DNA of 64,000 bases from Yuukianura sp. NJ FZ-2021 (taxonomy: Eukaryota): the NCBI GenBank assembly GCA_046563655.1, contig CM102283.1:8866001-8930000 (forward strand), in the 5' to 3' direction. Every line of letters begins with the position of its first letter. Position 1 is the first letter of the stretch. The notes beneath the pieces were generated by a model. It searched no databases. It saw only the letters and a list, made by a program, of their open reading frames with translations, and was not told where the DNA came from. Shown piece by piece: positions 1 to 12,800 of the stretch. Position numbers and translations under genes: made by a program.

Positions 1-723
1 GATTTTTGGGGGAACTGAAAGCTCCAGGAACTTTCTCTTCCTCTCTCCCTGCACTTTCTTTCATTTCTCTATTTTCCACCTTGGAAGCATCAAAATACAA
101 GACACTGCACTTCATCCTTAGCCTCCAGAAAGCAATATACAAGCCTGATAAGGCCCAATTCCTCTCTCCTCCCGCACTTTCTCTTCCCGTCAACATCAGC
201 CTACCAAAAAGATCTAACATGAATGAACCATCTTCTCAGAAGAAAATGAAATGAATTTTTCAGATGTCATAAGACGAACCTCACCACTTTTCACTGACTC
301 CGAAAAAAAGTGTAATGCCTAAGATCAACAAAAAACGACAAGAAGAAAAAGAAAACATGTCAGAAGCAGAGGAGAGTAAAAGAAAGGAGGAACAACAGCA
401 GGAGGTGAACGAAGCGGATATTACCAAAAAAAAATCTGAAAAGAGAGAAAGCACTAGTGAAAGTCGAAAGAAAAATCGGAAAACGCACCTCATCTCCCCT
501 ACTTTTACCATTTATTCACCCTAACCTTCACACACTAGTTTCTAACGTTACAAAAGGGCACGAAAATACTTCTTTTTTGAATTTTTTGTTTCCTCCCGCC
601 ATTTCCACTCAATAGTTGATGCCTCTCTTTATTAGCCACCTCTTCATATCCCACCAGGAACACCATCCCCTCTCAAATTTCCATCAATCACTTTCTCCCT
701 TCTCCCAAAAATCACATTTTTCA

Positions 724-865
724 CACTTTTACCAAACATAGTCCCAAAGTGCCCCAAAATTCTATCACTTTCACCAAAAACAGTCTCACATTGCCCCAAA
801 ATTCTACCACTTTCACCAAAAATATTCTGAAACTGCCACAAAATAGTCTCACAATGCCCCAAACT
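724..865. repeat. Degenerate tandem repeat, ~42-bp unit (two ~21-bp subunits), ~3.5 copies
   Basis: Units like cactttcaccaaaaacagtctcacattgccccaaaattctac recur at ~724, 766 and 808. This explains the repetitive ORF 644..874. Confidence 0.75.
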
Positions 866-3800
866 CCGGTACACGGCAAGTTAAATGAAAAATTCAAATC
901 CCTTTAGCCTTCCCGCTTTTAGTTTTGACCCCGGCGGGAAGATTAGTTGAAAATTACCAATCATGTCTCATTCATCCTACGAATTTCTCTTTCCCTCTGA
1001 TGATTTCATCTTCATCCCCTCCACAGAAATCCCCTCGATACCAAAATTTCCAAATTTCCATATTCCCATCTACTTCTCATTTTCCAAATTTGAATCTCTT
1101 CAAGTCCCTAACTACAGAGAGACAGTTGAAACGTTGCAATGCCCTTTGGCATCTTCATCCCTGCACTCTACTACACTAAAACCTAAAAAAAAGTAAAAGT
1201 GAAGTAGTAACTCAACTTTCTCTTTTATTATCCCCCAAGACCATGATCCCTTCCCCATTTCCGATTATTATATTACGCGCCCTCTTCAAAAACTTTAGTC
1301 GTTTCACCATCCACTCCATTCTCAACTTCCTGGATTACAACTTTAGTCTCCCTCCAACTTCACTTTTAGTAATTTACAACCAAAAACACAAAGTAGAGTT
1401 CCAACAAAGTGAAAAAATTTGATTTTTTTGAAATTGCCAGGACGTGTCATATTGATTGGGTCATTACGGGGTCATGCTCTGTTTGTTAGGAAACTAAAGT
1501 GACACGCACTCTAATCCAAATGCCTAACCTAACATAGATGCATTAACCAAAATGAGAGCCGTATGTTCCGGAATGTACAATGTATACAGGTGGATCATGC
1601 AATTTTGAGCAACGGCCCTCCCGAGACGCACAAAAACAGGAAAAAACCGAATAGAAAAAAACTTTCCCATTGTTTACTCCGACCGGAACAATTTTTAGAG
1701 AGAAAATGGCAGTGAGCACGGGAGAAAACGATTAAAATTGTCCATTGACGGTTACCACACACAAGGAAAAGAGGACTAACGTACAAAATACTTCCAAAAA
1801 AAGCAATTCTGCACCGAGTCATGCAATCCTGTGGAACATCATGTCTAATAATCCCAACGGTTGCATTAGTACCCCCTTTAACACACGACATTGTCCAACT
1901 TTGTCCATTTTTTACAGAAACAGAGAAAGTTCCAGACACTTTCCGGGTATTATACTGCACATAAAGCTTCCCTTTAAAAAAGTTGTACATGTTGTACTGC
2001 CAAGTTCAAAAGCTTCCCCCCAAAAACTTTGTACTTTTCAAGATCAAAATTTCCAAGTTTTTCGTTAACAAAAAATCTGAAATTTCCACACTTCGTCATC
2101 CCGCATCCTTGTATTCTACGCTATGCCCATTTATGGTAGAAAGTTAATTGCAGAGAGCAACTACTAAAAGTGAAAGTTTAGAAAACGCCTCCATTCCATT
2201 TCCATTTTCAAATGTCGCTTAATTGTCCTTCCCAACAAGAACAACAAAAGAACTCGACTACAAACAAAAGCCTTATTCAAAAAAAAATATTTTTTTCTGT
2301 GAGAACCAGAAATTCAAGTTGAAAACAAAAGGAGAAAACACTAAACAAAAGCTTGTAAAAAACGAACTTGACAAAGAAATTGAGCTCCATTCAATCAAAT
2401 TTTTTCCCTTCCTTCTCACAGTAAATTTTGCATGACCAAAATTTCCTAAATCTCTCAATTATTAACAATCAATCGACCTCAAATTTCACTTTTATGGACG
2501 TTCATCCACAATTTCATCATTTTTTGCCACCTTTTTCTAAAAACCAAGTCTTAAAACATAAAAAAAAGTAAACAAATAAGGCTTCTTTACTTTTTTTCTC
2601 TCTCTTTTTTGTTATCTACCCCCGCACATCCCCTAATCATAGTGGAACAATTTTCTCCATTTTCCCAATTTGGTCATAAGTGCACTTTATCAACAAAGTT
2701 AAGTGGATGGGCAACACAAGACAGCACATTTATTCTCCTCAGCATCAAACTTTCAAACTTAAACTTCAAACGGAGGCCGTCCACCACCACTAAATAACTC
2801 ACACTGCTTCAAAACGTACAACAAAGTTAGAAAAAAAAACTGCAATTACATTTTTCAAAACATACTTCTTCCAAAAACCAACTTTGAAAGGAAATGGGAA
2901 AATTTCAAATTAAAAAGTACAGTTCCATCATGTTTTTTCTTGTTTTTAAAAAGTGCGTGGGAGTATTTACACTTTAATGGAAGCAGAGACAAGCAATAAA
3001 CAGTAAGAAATGCACTAAATACTCGAAAGTCAAAACTCAAATTTTTTCATTACCTTTTGGAGCTTCCCGGTTATTGCCCTCCTGAGAAAGTCTCAGTGCG
3101 TCAATCTTGTTTTTGTAAAAAACTCAAACGTTAATTTTGAATTTACGCAAAAAATTTGATAGTCCGGAAGCAAATCCAATTTCAAAATTCCCGCGGGTAT
3201 AAAACCCCGCCGCTCAAGTTCGACACGGTTTCGGATAATTACAAAATTTCACTTTTTCAGTTTTTTTAAATGGTACAAAAATTCCGAAAACGCACAAACA
3301 CTATTCCACGTCAGTGCCAACTTGAAAACAAAAGAAATGAAGTCGTCTTCTGCTCAGTTTTGTTTCCTCGCACACTTAGCAAAAGGCGTAAATCACTTTA
3401 CAGTTTTAATGAGACCAAATGTAGCAGGTTAGTCCGGATTTACACCAAAACAAACCCTGAGGAAACTAACACGTCAAAAACTACTATGCACATAGTTTCA
3501 ACCTCTTAGCAAAACACATGAAAAACAGCAAAATCCAAAGTAAGAAATCAAAATTACGACTTGCTCAGCAGGTATCCAATTACCCAAATTCAACAACTCC
3601 ACTTTCAATTTCACCTCGAAAACATCAAAATCTCGTCTGAGATTTTAACTTGCAAAAATCAAAAGGTCACCGGGTTGCTTTCACTTTTCGTTTTACTTTC
3701 CGCCTTTGGCAAAAGTCACTGCACTTATAAAATCTGTTGCCAAATTTTGAAATTTCTTCGGGACGTTGTAAAGCATGGAGCTTAGTCTGTCAAACGTTAA

Positions 3801-5113
3801 ATCACTTCCAAAAACTGTTTTTATCCTTGTTAAAATTCAGAACATGCCTGTAAACGACTGTTAGCACCCAGTCACGAAAAACAAATGAACAAAATCTCAA
3901 TTTTCCCGTTAGGCACCTCTCGTTCACTCTACAAAGCCCAAGCCGTAACCCCATCCTCTGTAATTAGCTCAATTCTTTTTTTTTCTCTACTGTGGTTGTG
4001 GTAGTAGTGGCAAGAAGGTTGTGGCGTATAATACTAAATGAAAAATTAACGTAGGGAACCTAGCCTAACCCTCCATCACTTAATGACAGTTAGTTCATCA
4101 GGTTATGCAACTTTTCAAGCGGTTTAAGTTAAAATTTTGACCTGTGAGTAGAATTATTAAAACCAAATTATGATTATAACGGATGCAGCCAATAAAGCAC
4201 AAAAAAGTCAAAAAATCATAAAACTCAAACTTCAGAAATGTAATTGGTTTTTTTCTTTCAAAAAGACCTCTAAAAATTTATAACCTCAAACTCTGCTGAT
4301 TTTTCTTTTCTGAGAGATTGAAGCTTAATCCAAAACTTTTTCAAACATAAAGCAAAAACTTTTCCAAGTTCTTCAATTTCCAGTCAAAAAAATTGAAAAG
4401 ACGAAATTCCACTATTCAAAATGTCAAAATTCTCCACAACTAAAAATTTTCTTAGACCAATCAGAATGGAAATCCCACTTTCTCCAATTTACAGCAAACT
4501 AAAAGCCGAACTTTCTAAAAATTCTCGACTGTAAATTCGAAATTTACAACCGCCATAAAACTCAGGTTTAAATTGAACAGCACAAAAGCATTTAAATTGC
4601 CTAAGATAGGAACCCAATTGACCAAAATAATGTGGGGTCTTTACCTAATCAACTTGTGTCCACATTTTCATTATCGACAACAAAAGACAAACACTGGGCT
4701 CCTCCAATCCGCTGATTTATGTCTTCAATTCCACACATAATCCCATCTAAACGGCAAATCAAAAAACCCTACCCACAAAAAAAGTAGAATCAAAGAGAAC
4801 AATTGAAACTGGGTGTACCGAATCCATTTTTCTGAGTCACAGTTTTCCGCCCATTCTTTGGTTTAGGCTGAACCCAATTCCCAATAATAGAACTCAATCT
4901 CACGGTGTGGCAAAACGTCGTCCATTTTATGAGGGGAGATCGACTGCTTTTCAATACGATTTGCTGCAAGATTTTTTTTTTAAAACACAAGCAAAAATTC
5001 ATTGCAGAAAATAGGGACGAACATTTTCTGCAAGTTTTTTTCTTGCACAGAACGGAGGCGTTGTTATAAAAAGATTGCGGAAAATTGAGACGTTATAAGA
5101 AACATGCGGAAAA

Positions 5114-8100
5114 TTTGAGGAATTGGAATTTTAAAAAATTCAGCTGAAATTCAACTTTTGGATATATTTGGCTTGCCGAGGATTCACGCGTACTCTACCG
5201 TCTTGAAATGTCGGTCTCGTGAAAAATTGACCTGTTCTCTAACTTTTTGACGTGTCCAAATTTTTAAAAATTCACTTGTACACTTACTTTTTGAGGATTT
5301 GGAATTTTGAAAAATTCAGCTGAAATTCAACTTTTGGATATATTTGGCTTGCCGAGGATTCACGCGTACTCTACCGTCTTGAAATGTCGGTCTCGTGAAA
5401 AATTGACCTGTTCTCTAACTTTTTGACGTGTCCAAATTTTTAAAAATTCACTTGTACACTTACTTTTTGAGGATTTGGAATTTTGAAAAATTCAGCTGAA
5501 ATTCAACTTTTGGATATATTTGGCTTGCCGAGGATTCACGCGTACTCTACCGTCTTGAAATGTCGGTCTCGTGAAAAATTGACCTGTTCTCTAACTTTTT
5601 GACGTGTCCAAATTTTTAAAAATTCACTTGTACACTTACTTTTTGAGGATTTGGAATTTTGAAAAATTCAGCTGAAATTCAACTTTTGGATATATTTGGC
5701 TTGCCGAGGATTCACGCGTACTCTACCGTCTTGAAATGTCGGTCTCGTGAAAAATTGACCTGTTCTCTAACTTTTTGACGTGTCCAAATTTTTAAAAATT
5801 CACTTGTACACTTACTTTTTGAGGATTTGGAATTTTGAAAAATTCAGCTGAAATTCAACTTTTGGATATATTTGGCTTGCCGAGGATTCACGCGTACTCT
5901 ACCGTCTTGAAATGTCGGTCTCGTGAAAAATTGACCTGTTCTCTAACTTTTTGACGTGTCCAAATTTTTAAAAATTCACTTGTACACTTACTTTTTGAGG
6001 ATTTGGAATTTTGAAAAATTCAGCTGAAATTCAACTTTTGGATATATTTGGCTTGCCGAGGATTCACGCGTACTCTACCGTCTTGAAATGTCGGTCTCGT
6101 GAAAAATTGACCTGTTCTCTAACTTTTTGACGTGTCCAAATTTTTAAAAATTCACTTGTACACTTACTTTTTGAGGATTTGGAATTTTGAAAAATTCAGC
6201 TGAAATTCAACTTTTGGATATATTTGGCTTGCCGAGGATTCACGCGTACTCTACCGTCTTGAAATGTCGGTCTCGTGAAAAATTGACCTGTTCTCTAACT
6301 TTTTGACGTGTCCAAATTTTTAAAAATTCACTTGTACACTTACTTTTTGAGGATTTGGAATTTTGAAAAATTCAGCTGAAATTCAACTTTTGGATATATT
6401 TGGCTTGCCGAGGATTCACGCGTACTCTACCGTCTTGAAATGTCGGTCTCGTGAAAAATTGACCTGTTCTCTAACTTTTTGACGTGTCCAAATTTTTAAA
6501 AATTCACTTGTACACTTACTTTTTGAGGATTTGGAATTTTGAAAAATTCAGCTGAAATTCAACTTTTGGATATATTTGGCTTGCCGAGGATTCACGCGTA
6601 CTCTACCGTCTTGAAATGTCGGTCTCGTGAAAAATTGACCTGTTCTCTAACTTTTTGACGTGTCCAAATTTTTAAAAATTCACTTGTACACTTACTTTTT
6701 GAGGATTTGGAATTTTGAAAAATTCAGCTGAAATTCAACTTTTGGATATATTTGGCTTGCCGAGGATTCACGCGTACTCTACCGTCTTGAAATGTCGGTC
6801 TCGTGAAAAATTGACCTGTTCTCTAACTTTTTGACGTGTCCAAATTTTTAAAAATTCACTTGTACACTTACTTTTTGAGGATTTGGAATTTTGAAAAATT
6901 CAGCTGAAATTCAACTTTTGGATATATTTGGCTTGCCGAGGATTCACGCGTACTCTACCGTCTTGAAATGTCGGTCTCGTGAAAAATTGACCTGTTCTCT
7001 AACTTTTTGACGTGTCCAAATTTTTAAAAATTCACTTGTACACTTACTTTTTGAGGATTTGGAATTTTGAAAAATTCAGCTGAAATTCAACTTTTGGATA
7101 TATTTGGCTTGCCGAGGATTCACGCGTACTCTACCGTCTTGAAATGTCGGTCTCGTGAAAAATTGACCTGTTCTCTAACTTTTTGACGTGTCCAAATTTT
7201 TAAAAATTCACTTGTACACTTACTTTTTGAGGATTTGGAATTTTGAAAAATTCAGCTGAAATTCAACTTTTGGATATATTTGGCTTGCCGAGGATTCACG
7301 CGTACTCTACCGTCTTGAAATGTCGGTCTCGTGAAAAATTGACCTGTTCTCTAACTTTTTGACGTGTCCAAATTTTTAAAAATTCACTTGTACACTTACT
7401 TTTTGAGGATTTGGAATTTTGAAAAATTCAGCTGAAATTCAACTTTTGGATATATTTGGCTTGCCGAGGATTCACGCGTACCCTACCGTCTTGAAATGTC
7501 GGTCTCGTGAAAAATTGACCTGTTCTCTAACTTTTTGACGTGTCCAAATTTTTAAAAATTCACTTGTACACTTACTTTTTGAGGATTTGGAATTTTGAAA
7601 AATTCAGCTGAAATTCAACTTTTGGATATATTTGGCTTGCCGAGGATTCACGCGTACTCTACCGTCTTGAAATGTCGGTCTCGTGAAAAATTGACCTGTT
7701 CTCTAACTTTTTGACGTGTCCAAATTTTTAAAAATTCACTTGTACACTTACTTTTTGAGGATTTGGAATTTTGAAAAATTCAGCTGAAATTCAACTTTTG
7801 GATATATTTGGCTTGCCGAGGATTCACGCGTACTCTACCGTCTTGAAATGTCGGTCTCGTGAAAAATTGACCTGTTCTCTAACTTTTTGACGTGTCCAAA
7901 TTTTTAAAAATTCACTTGTACACTTACTTTTTGAGGATTTGGAATTTTGAAAAATTCAGCTGAAATTCAACTTTTGGATATATTTGGCTTGCCGAGGATT
8001 CACGCGTACTCTACCGTCTTGAAATGTCGGTCTCGTGAAAAATTGACCTGTTCTCTAACTTTTTGACGTGTCCAAATTTTTAAAAATTCACTTGTACACT

Positions 8101-8657
8101 TACTTTTTGAGGATTTGGAATTTTGAAAAATTCAGCTGAAATTCAACTTTTGGATATATTTGGCTTGCCGAGGATTCACGCGTACTCTACCGTCTTGAAA
8201 TGTCGGTCTCGTGAAAAATTGACCTGTTCTCTAACTTTTTGACGTGTCCAAATTTTTAAAAATTCACTTGTACACTTACTTTTTGAGGATTTGGAATTTT
8301 GAAAAATTCAGCTGAAATTCAACTTTTGGATATATTTGGCTTGCCGAGGATTCACGCGTACTCTACCGTCTTGAAATGTCGGTCTCGTGAAAAATTGACC
8401 TGTTCTCTAACTTTTTGACGTGTCCAAATTTTTAAAAATTCACTTGTACACTTACTTTTTGAGGATTTGGAATTTTGAAAAATTCAGCTGAAATTCAACT
8501 TTTGGATATATTTGCCTTGCCGAGGATTCACGCGTACTTTGCCGTCTTGAAATGTTGGTCTCGTGAAAAATTGACCTGTTCTCGTCACAAAAATTTTTGA
8601 CAAAATATAACTTTTACGTTTACTTTTCGAGGAATTCTAACTTGGGAAAATTCAGCT
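5114..8657. repeat. 176-bp satellite array, ~20 copies, almost perfectly homogeneous
   Basis: gatatatttgg recurs at 5161, 5337 ... 6041 (period 176). I saw one internal substitution (t>c at ~7482). The last copies (8514-8657) are diverged. Confidence 0.98.
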
Positions 8658-8685
8658 GTCGTAAAATCTTAAAAGTGAATTATAA

Positions 8686-8870
8686 TTTATAACAACGTCT
8701 CGATTCTCCGCAAGTTTCCTATAACAGCGGCTCGATTCTTCGCAAGCTTTTTATAACCTCGGCTCGATTCTCCGCAAGCTTCTTATAACAGCGCTTCGAT
8801 TCGTCGCAAGCTTTTTATAACAGCTCCTCGATTTTCCGTAAGCTTCTTATAACAACGTCTCGATTTCTGC
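8686..8870. repeat. Subterminal ~31-32-bp tandem repeats of the TIR element
   Basis: About 5-6 copies of a ttataacagc-ctcgattctccgcaagct-like unit. Inverted copies lie at ~5055-5120. Confidence 0.85.
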
Positions 8871-9850
8871 AAGAAAAAAACTTGCAGAAAATGTTCGTTT
8901 TGATTTTCTGCAAGGAAATTTAATTGTGTTTTTTAAAAAAAGCTTGCAGCAAATGGCGTTGAAAAGCAGTCGATCTCCCCTCATACCATTTAGCCACGAT
9001 TCACGTCAGTCGTGAGCAAATCCATCTTAATCCTTTGACTTTAGCCGATTCCGCACATTTCTCAATTTGAATTCTGCGCCGTCAATTATCCCAACGCGTG
9101 TCTTTTTTCAGTGTTTAAGACGTACTTAAAAATACATTAAAACATGTCCACGATTTCTCCATGCTGACCCTGAGTCGCGTCAAAGTCAACTGACTATAAA
9201 CCCTGAACTTGTCACGACATACATAAAATTTTTAAAACTCATGCTGACCTTCCTCAAAAAAACGACCTCGAAAATACTTTTTCGTTACTTGGATTAGGTT
9301 TCAGTTTTAAACATTTTTTCTACTCGGGCACAAACGGATTAAACATTTTTGTTACTTGGGTAGAACTTTCGTTTAAAAAAAGTTTACTAAACTAACCTTA
9401 CTTTTCGTCTAAATCCCTCAAATTTATGAAAACTGCATTAAGAAAATATCCAGATCTCCAGAGACCAGATGACCTCATTACCCCATCGGATATTTTTTCA
9501 TATTTTTTTTAATATAAAAGATGAGTCAGAGTTTTAGTCGGTGCAGTTTGTTCCGGAGTGAATGCACATTGCACTCTCCCTCCCTTCGTGGATTCAAGAT
9601 TTATTGGCATTTAGCAGGCCTTGAATTCCCTCCAGACCAAGACTTTATTCCATCAGTTATCGGCAGTTATGGCAGCATTATACTGCCAGTATGTCAGACC
9701 ATCGTTCAGCACTAAAATGAGCAGAATACTAATGCACCGTCCACCCTCCAATTCCTTTCCCCGCTGAGCAGTCCATTGTCATTGTCATATTTTAATGTTA
9801 CACATCGTCATCATCACTCTGCAAAAACTAACATGTCAAAGGTCACCTAC

Positions 9851-9863
9851 CTCGTACCGCCAT
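9851..9863 (-). other. Candidate short first coding exon (ATG GCG GTA CGA G|gtaggt) of a minus-strand gene extending left of the window
   Basis: A-rich start context (gaaaaATG) followed by a strong donor. No downstream exon identified in the window. Confidence 0.3.
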
Positions 9864-12800
9864 TTTTCAAATTCAAAAACTTGTAGCGTGAAATTACTTT
9901 AACAATTAAAAGTACATTCAAACCGAACCGGTGTCGAAGCCACAGGTATCTGTCTGCATCTTTCCTCGTCATGCAGCTCGTGACACCATAACAAAAATCA
10001 TTCCGTGCAGATCACCAGGATAAAGTCCATCAAAATTTAGTTCATTCTAAAAATTGCAATTGCAATCTATTGTAGAATCTCACGGTCACATTAAATTTTG
10101 TTCACAACATCACCAATTCCATTTTACAATTTCAATTGTCCAAAATTTCCCCCCACCCAAGTTTCAGTCATGCTTTTTTTTAGTTTTCAAAGCAGAAACA
10201 ATGGAAAGCATAAAAAATCGCCGGAATAGAAAATCATTCCCTGTCTACAAAAAATCAAATTTTCCCAGGGTTTAACCATTAGTTCAAAACGAGCATCAAA
10301 ATGTTCATTTCAAACAAGAAAATGAAAATTGTAAACATTAAAGCTCATTAAATGTCTTTAATCCTATTAGAAAAATACTCATCAAAAATCAAGTTTGCCA
10401 AAACGACTCTTGATTAGTACTTTCATTAAAAAATTATTCAAAATTTGCGTGTTTCATTCGATTAAGCCTCAGGGCTAAAAAACTGAAACAAAGTAAAAGT
10501 TCTGCTCTTTTCTACAACTTCTGTGGTTTCAGTAACAGTTTCGATTTTTAAAAATTCTGGTTTCGACTTTTGGAAATTACATTTTCCACAACCCAGAAAA
10601 ATGAAATGAAATAAAGCTCAACTCTAAATTGTAAAAACCGAGGGAAAATTTTAATTCAGAACTTCAAAATTTAATAAAAGGAGAAACTTTTGTGGTAGAA
10701 ATCTCTCATTTCTTTCAGTGGCTTTTCCTTTTTCCCTTAAAAAGTATCAAATTACAAGAACGTCTAAAAGTCTCTAGAGAAAGTTCCTTGATTACTCTCT
10801 TCAGTTCTTCATTTCAATGGAACGGAAGTGCAGGTAATTCTGAACACTTTTTATATCTTTCATCATCATGGAAACCATCCAAAAAAGTCAAGATCTCATG
10901 AAAGTAAAAAGATGAAAAAAGGAAGAAAAGAGTTCTAAAAGTATATGCCACGCTTCCACACCACCAGAAGCAGTTCTCATAATTCAGCCTCTTTCTAATA
11001 TGAAATGAACCAAAAAGAAATCCAAAAGGACACATAAAACATTAGTCCCAGTGCCAAGGATTTAGAACAAGTCCACCCTACAAACTGCTATACTCTCCCG
11101 CTCTTTTCCATTTTGCACTAAAAACTATAATATCACATTTTCATTCACTCTAACTCATAACACAAGGGTATATAACAAAAGATGAAAATTTTGAAAAACT
11201 GTGGGACTGGGAAAATAAAATCACCACACAAAGGGCACCTTTCCCCCTCTCACCTTTCTCAGTTTTTCAAATTTTCCCACCGTTCAAAAAACAAAAGTTC
11301 CCACCAAAAACTGCTCTGAAAAAAAAATTTAACTTACCCAAATACTGCCTATTTGTCAAATTACAAGAAAATTCGTTTGATCTTTCCCCCAAAGAAAGCT
11401 AAGCTTTCTCCAAGCAAAAATCTTCAAAAAAAAAATCTTAATAATAGAAAATAACTTTTTCCGTGATTCCGAATTTTTACGACTTTTAAAAATCAAAACT
11501 CGTTTCATGCTTCTTGTTCATAAAATTCAAAAACGTTTTTGCGCAATAATTCAACAGTCGTAGAGCAGGACATGAAAACGACTTACAAAAAAAAAAACTA
11601 TGAAATAAAAGTTGAAAAGCGAAATTTTTGCTTGAGGGAAGTCTCGTTAAAAGCCTCCAGAGTAAAAAGCGGGGCCGCCCAACGCACATCGTCCGTTTCT
11701 GTCCAGAATTCTAATGAGAAACTCTCATTTCAAAAAGCAACGCAAGCAGTCGCCGACAAGCGCCCCAGCCCCTCCAAAATTCAAAAAAAAAGTTCCCCGC
11801 CCTCTCCGAATCCAAAATCTTTAATAATGTGATCCAAAGAGAGAAATAAAAAATGTCATCGAATTCGCCTCTTTTTGAACAGGGCAGAGGGGGAGTCCCT
11901 CTTTTCGCCTTCCCGGGATTCGAACCCGCTTCTTTCCTGAATGTCACACTCTGCCTCTTCTTCACGCCTCACTTACCCGGGTATCCTCTGACTCATCCAT
12001 TTTCTGTACCATCAGCACGAGACTACGTCACCAGCAGAACAGAACCTACAACACTCCGACTTAACTTCCATTTGATTCCAATTTCACTCCGAAACAGAAG
12101 CTTTTCCAAAACTTAATTACCATAAAATAGAAAAGCAAAATGAATCACAAGACTACAATAGAATTCGGCCCCTCCATCCTCCGGAACCCAAAAACCGAAA
12201 TCGATTTCATCTTCCGATACTCCGAAACCGAACTCCGAATCGACATTCACATCAATTCTTAAGACTTCTTTAGTCCGATTCTTCGCCAACGGCTTCTTTG
12301 TAGTCGTAAAGATTCGATTCTGCAGAGTCGTAAGCCCTTGAGCTCCAACTTCTACTCAAAATGGCCATGATTTGGCCATTTCCCTTTTCTCTCGTCGAAA
12401 TTTCTAAGATCACAAGAATCTTACACTCCCGCGGCATTTTGCTCTAAGAAACAAGAAGACAAGCAGCATACGGATAACCATAGGTATTATCCTATCCAAA
12501 ATCCAAAAGCACAGAGAGAACATAAATCTGATTACATAATGGAGGTAAAGCATAAAATATTACTTTCAGCTTTCCATGAAAATACCTTTACAAGACAAAA
12601 GAACCAAAAACCCCTCAAGAACATATTCGTTTTAACATTTTAACAAAAAGATCATGCCAAAGATGACAACATACAAAGACTTTACTACCCATTTACATAC
12701 CAACTTTTCAAAATTTGAAAACTTTATGCAGTAAATCTGCTAAGTAGCCAACATACTTTTTATTAAAAACATGCAAGAACAATACAACATTTTGCGGTGG

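Larger units (their letters stand above)
4928..8985. mobile_element. Non-autonomous TIR DNA transposon, IS3EU-like (TAY..RTA termini, 6-bp TSD), with an internal satellite array
   Basis: Perfect 27-bp terminal inverted repeat tatgaggggagatcgactgcttttcaa (4928-4954 / 8959-8985), extending imperfectly to ~190 bp. The direct repeat ccattt flanks both ends (4922-4927, 8986-8991). Subterminal ~31-bp repeats are inverted at the two ends. No transposase ORF. The superfamily call rests only on termini and TSD length. Confidence 0.88.

Noticed and set aside
315-524. K/E-rich 69-aa ORF
   Set aside because: It arises from purine-rich low-complexity DNA; no domain or convincing exon chain.
5114-8657. 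Regular array as a possible CRISPR locus
   Set aside because: The units are identical head-to-tail with no unique spacers, there are no cas genes, and the context is eukaryotic.
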